Source: Eledone cirrhosa | Lineage: Eukaryota | Reading direction: 5' to 3' | NCBI GenBank assembly: GCA_964016885.1 | Contig: OZ024762.1 | Coordinates: 6,510,001-6,574,000, forward strand | Length of the DNA stretch: 64,000 nt | In this document: positions 56,220 to 64,000 of the stretch, one piece after another | Numbering within the stretch: position 1 is the first letter of the stretch | Layout of the letters: each line of letters begins with the position of its first letter | Notes under the pieces: model-generated | Seen by the model: only the letters and a program-made list of their open reading frames with translations | Database searches by the model: none | What the model was told of the DNA's origin: nothing | Position numbers and translations under genes: made by a program

Positions 56220-56730
56220 ATAGGACCAAGGAAACAGTGTTTCCAATGGTCTTTCCCTTACTAATACTCTCTATTAGTTGGTCACAACTCCTGGCAGAAG
56301 AAAGAAGCTGATCATTAGATCAGACCAAAGAAATGGTGTTTCCACTGGTCTTTCCATTGCTGATAAAATCTGTCTGTCACAACTCCTGGCAGAAGATTAG
56401 ACCAAAGAAACAATGTTTCCAGTGCTGGTACTGTCTGTCACAAATCCTAGCAGAAGATTAGACCAAAGAAACAATGTTTCCAGTGCTGGTACTGTCTGTC
56501 ACAAATCCTAGCAGAAGATTAGACCAAAGAAACAATGTTTCCAGTGCTGGTACTGTCTGTCACAAATCCTAGCAGAAGATTAGACCAAAGAAACAATGTT
56601 TCCAGTGCTGGTACTGTCTGTCACAAATCCTGGCAGAAGAAAGGAGTTGATTTTCAAACCAAGGAAAATATTTCTATTGATCTTTTTATTACTGATACTA
56701 TCTGTCAGACACAACTCCTGGCAGAAGGGG
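56220..56730 (+). repeat. Dispersed roughly 100-bp module in tandem, including a 61-bp deletion derivative x4 (56395-56640)
   Basis: gaccaa(g/a)gaaacaatgtttcca...gtcacaactcctggcagaaga. Also found at 12725-12800 (-), 22270-22345, 46540-46580 and 58175-58425. Confidence 0.8.
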
Positions 56731-58687
56731 GTAGGATTTGAACCCAGAATCTACACTGACAGATCAGATACAACAGAGCAGCTTGTTTGACCCTGAACTG
56801 GTGCTTTATTTATGTTGTGACCTTGAAATGATGAAAGGTGGTGAAGAACTAGCAGAGTCACTAAAATGTCACATTAAAACACTTCCATGTTTCTTTTGGC
56901 TCTCAGCATTTCCAAGTTCAAATCCCACCAAGGTCAACTTCGCCTTGCAAAGCAGCGAAACAAACTCACATAAAAAACAATAAAAATAAACAAACCAACC
57001 CTTTTTTTTCTTTATTTTCTTCCTCAAGTAAAAGTGATATTTTGGGTTTTAGAGGCAGTTAAACTGTTAAATCTAAGAAGTACATTGATAGTATATTATC
57101 TGTATTCATGTAGAAAACAGATGAGAGGAGGTGGTAATAGCAGCTAATTACTGTAAACAGGATCAGAAAATTGTTTTAACAGATAAAGAGTTTATGTTGA
57201 AAGATATTAGGATGCATTTAGGTGCAAATCTCCACATCCTGAAGCATATCTCTGCTCAGATATTAAATATCTTTCAGCTAATCGGACCTAAAAGGTTAGG
57301 CTAAAAAGGTAAGATGATAAATTAAGACCTTTATCATTAGCAATGTAAGCAGGTATCAATTGTAATATGAAAACACTCCTTAAGCCTGTTGAAGAGATAC
57401 ACGTAGCTATACATAGCTAACAGAAATTATTAATATCAGATATTTGGTGTGTTCAAGTATATTCCATTAAAATTTTCCTTGCCACATTTCTTCTATGATG
57501 CAGGAAATACTGGTTTATAAATTAGGCCCAAGACCAGCAATTCTCGTAGGAGGGAAAAGTTGATTAACTCTTAACATCCTGTAATGATTTAATAGAAAAT
57601 GTCTAAAAATGGGGTCCCTTAAATAAAATGTTCATAGAATCTTTATGAGTGGACAGATAATTTTTATGTGATACAGTCATCATATTAGTTTGTGCTATTC
57701 AAGAATGTCTAGCTCATATGATTTCATGTGATTTGTTAATTCAAATGTTTTGCATTATCTTTATTGGTGGACAGATTGTTGTAAAAATTTGCTGTATTAA
57801 AATAAAGACATTTTTATATCATGTTTTGTCCTTTTTAAGAATGCTGCTAATGTGCTTTCATGCTGTTTGTGGACAGATGTTAGAGTAAAGACTTTAATTT
57901 TAAATGTTATACAGTCATAACACTGTTTTGTACTGTGGTTTATTAATTCACAAGTTTATAGTATCTTTACTAGTGGAAAGATTGTAGTGAAAATTTGTAG
58001 TATTTTCTCTTAACATCCAATAAAGATTTAGCAGAAAATACCTAAAACCTGGTTTGTTAATGCAAACATTTATAGCATCTTCACTGGACAGATCATTATA
58101 GATATTTGCAGCATTAGAGCAAAGATATCAATTTTTAATGTGATGCAGTCTTGCTCACATGGTTTCATGTACTGTACAAACCAAGGAAACAATGTTTTAA
58201 TTCGTCTTTGCTGGTACAATCTCTCAATCAGAAGAAAGGAGCTAATTATCATACTGTACCAAGGAAACAATGTTTCCATTGGTCTTTACATAGCTGTTAC
58301 TATCTCTCAGTCACAACTCCTGGCAGAAGAAAGGAGCTAATTGTCATACTGGACCAAGGAAACAATGTTTCCGTTGGTTTTTACCGTTGCTAATACTAAC
58401 TATCAGTAATAACTCCTGACAGATGAAGCAATATTAAATATAAAAAAAAAAACTTTGCTGAAGAACACAACACAGCAGCCATTGCAGGAGCTGAACACAT
58501 GTTCTAATGATTGTGAGTGCAACACCATTTCCACCATGACAACAACATTAATTAATACTACCAGTAATTAATCTGGCTCCTCTTCCAATTCCTAATGAAC
58601 AGTTACTTCTTCACACTAACCCACCATGGTTCAATGAGCAAGGATTCTTTACAGAACAGAAATATACTTTGGTGCCTGGCACTCCTT

Positions 58688-59915
58688 ACACACACTGACA
58701 TACACATACACAGACACACACTGACATACACGTACACATACACACACTGACATACACATACACACACTGACATACACATACACACACTGACATACACAGA
58801 CACACACTGACATACACAGACACACACTGACATACACACACACACACACACTGACATACACATACACAGACACACACTGACATACACAGACACAGACACA
58901 CACTGACATACACATACACACACAGACATACACATACACACAGGCAGACACAGATACACACTGACACACACAGACACACACTGACATACACATACACACA
59001 GGCAGACACATATAGAGGCACACTGACATACACATACATACAGGCAGACACAGATACACACTGACACATACATACACACAGGCAGACACAGATACACACT
59101 GACACACACATACATACACACAGGCATACACATACAGACACACACTGACAAACATATACACAGTCACATACAGGCAGACACATAAACACACATACACAGA
59201 CACATACTGACTTACACATACACACACAACATACAAAGACATATACACAGACACACACTGACACACACAGGCATACACATACACACACATACAAACACAT
59301 ATACACACATATGTGTGTGTATATATGAATGCCTGTGTGTATATACCCATACACACACACATAAGTGTGTGTATGTATATATGTATGTATGTGTATAAAC
59401 AGACATGTTTACCTGTGTGTGTGTATGTGTGTATGTATGTATAAATGTATGTACGTATGTGTGTGTAAAAACAGACATATTTACCTGTGTGTGTATGTGT
59501 GTATGCATGCGTGTATGTATGTGTGTGTGTGTGTGTGTGTATGAATGTCTGTGTGTATATACCCATACACACACACATAAGTGTGTGTATGTATGTATAT
59601 ATGTATGTATGTGTATAAACAGACATGTTTACCTGTGTGTGTGTATGTATATATGTATGTATGTATGTGTGTGTAAAAACAGACATATTTACCTGTGTGT
59701 GTATGTGTGTATGCATGCGTGTATGTATGTGTGTGTGTGTGTGTATGAATGTCTGTGTGTATATACCCATACACACACACATAAGTGTGTGTATGTATGT
59801 ATATATGTATGTATGTGTATAAACAGACATGTTTACCTGTGTGTGTGTATATATGTGTGTATGTATGTGTATGTAAAAACAGACATATTTACCTGTGTGT
59901 GTATGTGTGTATGCA

Positions 59916-59965
<50 letters not shown>

Positions 59966-60174
59966 ATCTGCTGATGTCTACATCCTAACCAAACCCATCT
60001 AGTTATAGCTATATACACCATATATTTCAATTAGTCAGTCTTAACATAATAAACACCCTAAATCTTAGTGAATATTTATATATAATGTATACACACACAC
60101 ACACACATATATATATAATGTATACACACACACACATATATATATATATAATATATACACACACACACACACGC

Positions 60175-60206
<32 letters not shown>

Positions 60207-60230
60207 CACACACATATATATATAATATAT

Positions 60231-60261
<31 letters not shown>

Positions 60262-60321
60262 ATGTATACACACACACACATATATATATAATATATACAC
60301 ACACACACACATATTATATAT

Positions 60322-60366
<45 letters not shown>

Positions 60367-60466
60367 GTATACACACACATATATATATACACACACACAC
60401 ACATATATATAATATATACACACACACACGCATATATACACACACACACACACATATATATAATAT

Positions 60467-60514
<48 letters not shown>

Positions 60515-60556
60515 CACACACACATATATAATGTATACACACACACACATATATAT
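58688..60556. repeat. Compound CA/TA microsatellite field, including a roughly 220-bp block repeated about 3x (59300-59930)
   Basis: Anchors aaacagacatgtttacctgtg and aaaaacagacatatttacctg recur. Confidence 0.88.
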
Positions 60557-61584
60557 AGTGTTGTAGGTGTTGGTAGTGCTGGTGGAATTGGTGTTGTGGG
60601 AGTGGTAGTAGTGGCTGGCAGTGTGTGTGTGTCTGTGTCTCTGTGTGGCACTACACCACTACACCACCACACCACCACACCACCAACACTAACAGTGTTA
60701 GTGTAATAGTGTCGTGTTGGGTGTTGGTAGTGGTGTGGTGGTGTAGTGGTGTGGTGGTGTGGTGGTGTACTGTTGGTGGTGTGGTGGTGTAGTGGTGTAG
60801 TGCCACACAGAGACACAGACACACACAGCCACACAGAGACACAGACACACACACACTGCCACACAGAGACACAGACACACACAGCCACACAGAGACACAG
60901 ACACACACACACTGCCACACAGAGACACAGACACACACACACTCACTGTTACACACATACATGCAAACAGACACGCAGATATATATATATACGCATGCAT
61001 GCACACACTCATAAACATACAAACATACACTCGCACGTGCCCGTACATACACACCCATTCACACAAACACAGACATATGCACACACACACACATCCACAC
61101 ATACACACACACACAATACATAAACTATTTAGGTGTCATTTAGTGCAACATACCTAGATTCAGGAACTAACAAAAATAAATAAAATATAAATTCAAAAAT
61201 GATGAAAAAAATATGAAAGAATAAAAGTAAAAATAATCCCTCATATTAGGTTTTGATGAGTTTGCATGAGAGGTGCACCTAAAATGTTGATTATTGTGAT
61301 GGTGCGAGATGGTATCAACAAGTTTAAAGTCTGTCATAGCCCCAGAGGCTCATCAAGCTGGTAGTTACCCCAGTTTCTGTGTCTTTAGACTGAAAGTACA
61401 AGACACACCCTGAACAGGACACCAGTCCATTGCAGGTGAAAATCTGGGACGGGGTGATAAAAACTGACCTTGCTCACTTACACAAGTGATGTTGTCTCTA
61501 AGACAATATCACTGGATCGAGATCTTTGGCGCTATGCAGTAATACAGAAGACCCGCCTACCCTTACATACAAACTTTAAATCTA

Positions 61585-62116
61585 CAGTCAGGAGAGGCGG
61601 TTACGCTGGTATGGACATGTGATGCGTATGAAGGATGACAGCTGCATAAAAAGGTGCAGAGCACTAGAAGTTGATGGAAACCGCGGAGTGGGGAGACCCA
61701 AGATGACCTTACCCAACTACACCTCTCAAAGTCAATGACACACGACCGTGACTTCTGGCGTCACGCAGTAATACAGGGTACCCGACCTCCCATGGGTACA
61801 TGCTGAAGCATATAAACAATATACCCCCCCCCCCCCACCCCCCACTGCAAGGTGGTCGTGGAGGTGCCACGGCAAAAAAGCACCCAGCCCACACTGTAAA
61901 GTGGACGTGTAGGCGCCACGAAAAAGCACCCAGCACTCACTGTAAATGAGGTTGGTGTTAGGAAGGGCATCCAGCTGTAGAAATCAAGCCAGATCAGTTC
62001 CTGTATGAGCAAGGCACGGTCAGCCGACCAGACACTGCCCACAACAGGACAATCCGTCTAACCCATGCTAGCGTGGAAGAACGGACGTAAAACGGTGATG
62101 ATGATGATGATGATGA
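61585..62116 (+). mobile_element. RTE LINE 3' end (ORF C-terminus, 3' UTR, (GAT)n tail)
   Basis: Reads QERRLRWYGHVMRMKDDSCIKRCRALEVDGNRGVGRPK, followed by a UTR shared with the SINE A 3' half. Confidence 0.85.
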
Positions 62117-62536
62117 GTCAGTAGGCACCTCTTAACCCAATATACACCCCACTCCACACACCCTGCTGCCCACACTACCTTTTCTCTGTGAAGTCATGTC
62201 GGTACCACAGGACATCCAGTCCACACTAAAGTGGTGGTGTAGGTGTCACGACAAAAAGCACCCAATCCACACTGTAAATGATGTTGGCGTCAGGAAGGGC
62301 ATCCAGTCATAGATAACCACCCAGATACAGTTCTATATAAGCGAGATATGGTCACCCGACCAATCTTGCCTCAAGTAGGACAGACCTGTCTAACCCATGC
62401 TAGCGTGGAAGATGGACATTAAATGATGATGATGATATATAAATATATATATATATATATATATGTGTAAATGAAGTAATTCCATCGGAAAAGTCCAGGA
62501 AAAAAGAGTGCTCTATGTAGGCAACAGAGCTTAATT

Positions 62537-62612
62537 ATTATTATTATGTAATAAACAACATAAGGCAATTATGGTAAATGGAATAATTGCCTTATGTTGT
62601 TTATTACATAAT

Positions 62613-62618
<6 letters not shown>
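62537..62618. repeat. Perfect inverted repeat (36-bp arms, 10-nt loop) next to (TA)n
   Basis: attattattatgtaataaacaacataaggcaattat ggtaaatgga ataattgccttatgttgtttattacataataataat. A half copy lies at 19133-19170. Confidence 0.88.
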
Positions 62619-62661
<43 letters not shown>

Positions 62662-62994
62662 TGGATATAATATGTTTCTTTATAGATAGAGAGAGAGAGA
62701 GAGTGTGTGATGGAAATGAATGTGGAAAGAAGTAGAGAAAGAGGAAGACCAAGGAAGACTTAGTTAAAGATAAAGGAGGAGAAAGTGAAGGAGAAGTTTT
62801 GGAGGGAATGCAGAGAATAGGAAATAAAATGGATAAGTTTGCGATAATGCCTGCTTTAGCAGGGGGAATGACCTGAAAATGGTTGTTGTTGGTTTCATTG
62901 TTGTTTGTAGTTAATAGAGTTGAAATTTGGAAGAATATTTCTGGTACAATAGTTTTTTTTCCAGAGGAACTGAAAGATATTGTTAAATGTTTGC

Positions 62995-63530
62995 AATAAT
63001 AATAATAATAATAATAATTGTTTCTACTTTTGGCACAAGGCCAACAATTACCCAGTGTATTACTGGTACTTTATTTTATCGACCCAGTAAGGATGAAAGG
63101 CAAAGTCAACCTCGGCGGGATTTGAACTCAGACCATAAAGGGCCGTAACTCTAATAATAATAATAATAATAATAATAATTGTTTCTACTTTAGGCACAAG
63201 GCCAACAATTACCCAGTGCATTACTGGTACTTTATTTTATCGACCCCGTAAGGATGAAAGGCAAAGTCAACCTCGGCGGGATTTGAACTCAGATCGTAAA
63301 GGTACGTAACTATGCTGGAAAGCATGGCGTCCGACCCTCTACCGATACTGCCAATTCACCGCCCTATATATATATAGTAATAATAGAGTTTCTACTTTTG
63401 GCACAAGGCCAGCGATTACCCCAGTGCACCACTGGTACTTTATTTGAACTCAGAATGGCAAGGGCCGTAACTCTATGCTGCAAAGCATGGCGTCCGACCT
63501 TGTACCGATACTGCCAATCCACCGCCTCGA
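62995..63530 (-). mobile_element. Three tandem SINE family B copies separated by (AAT)n
   Basis: Three ggcacaaggcc..actggtactttattt..gaactcaga units. Confidence 0.85.
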
Positions 63531-64000
63531 TAATAATGGTTTCTGATTTAATTTGATGATAATTTCTTTATTGGTCACTAGGGCCTACATAAGGGGACAA
63601 TACAAAAAGACAAATAATAATCAAAATTTTTTCTATTTTCATTAAGTATAATATTTAAAAATATTTAATGGTACCAGTCTATTTTCACCTAAATGACTGT
63701 TACTTTTTCAAGTGTAATTCCTGCATAGAATGGCGCAGGAAATGGTTTACAGAAGCACTGAGATGGAGTAATTATAGAACTGTGCTACTGAATTATTACA
63801 TGGAGAGATGAGTGGCTTAGTGGTTAGGGCTCATGGTAGTGGAGTTATGGGTTTCATTCTTGAACTGGGCAGTCTTGTGTACTTTATTGAGCAAAACACT
63901 ATATTTCACATCACTCCAGTCAACTTGGCTGGCATACTAGTTGGAAGCTAGGTGGACTGAGGCAATTCTGGTCCATCTACTTGACAGTTAAGTGGACTGA

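Overview
This is AT-rich, microsatellite-dense animal DNA, probably a coleoid cephalopod such as Octopus (inferred from the repeat landscape, not proven). The window appears to be intronic sequence of one minus-strand gene, a GOPC (PIST/CAL/FIG) orthologue. Two coding exons are visible, 44889-45053 and 7046-7221, separated by a 37.7-kb intron. The rest is tRNA-derived SINEs (two abundant families plus a third, CORE-like copy), fragments of RTE, Dong/R4, Tx1/L1 and CR1 LINEs, TTAA-flanked piggyBac-like MITEs, pogo-like and possible Helitron remnants, small hairpin elements, a 4.6-kb 51-bp satellite and many microsatellites. Nearly all ORFs in the supplied track are microsatellite artefacts. I found no CRISPR array and no convincing new protein-coding system. 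The most striking pattern is repeated, near-identical tandem amplification of short internal segments of unrelated transposons, including an in-frame 6x207-bp expansion in an open RTE ORF. One such repeat junction also recurs in a second, dispersed LINE copy. Family names come from recognising motifs, not from database searches, and repeat boundaries are approximate.
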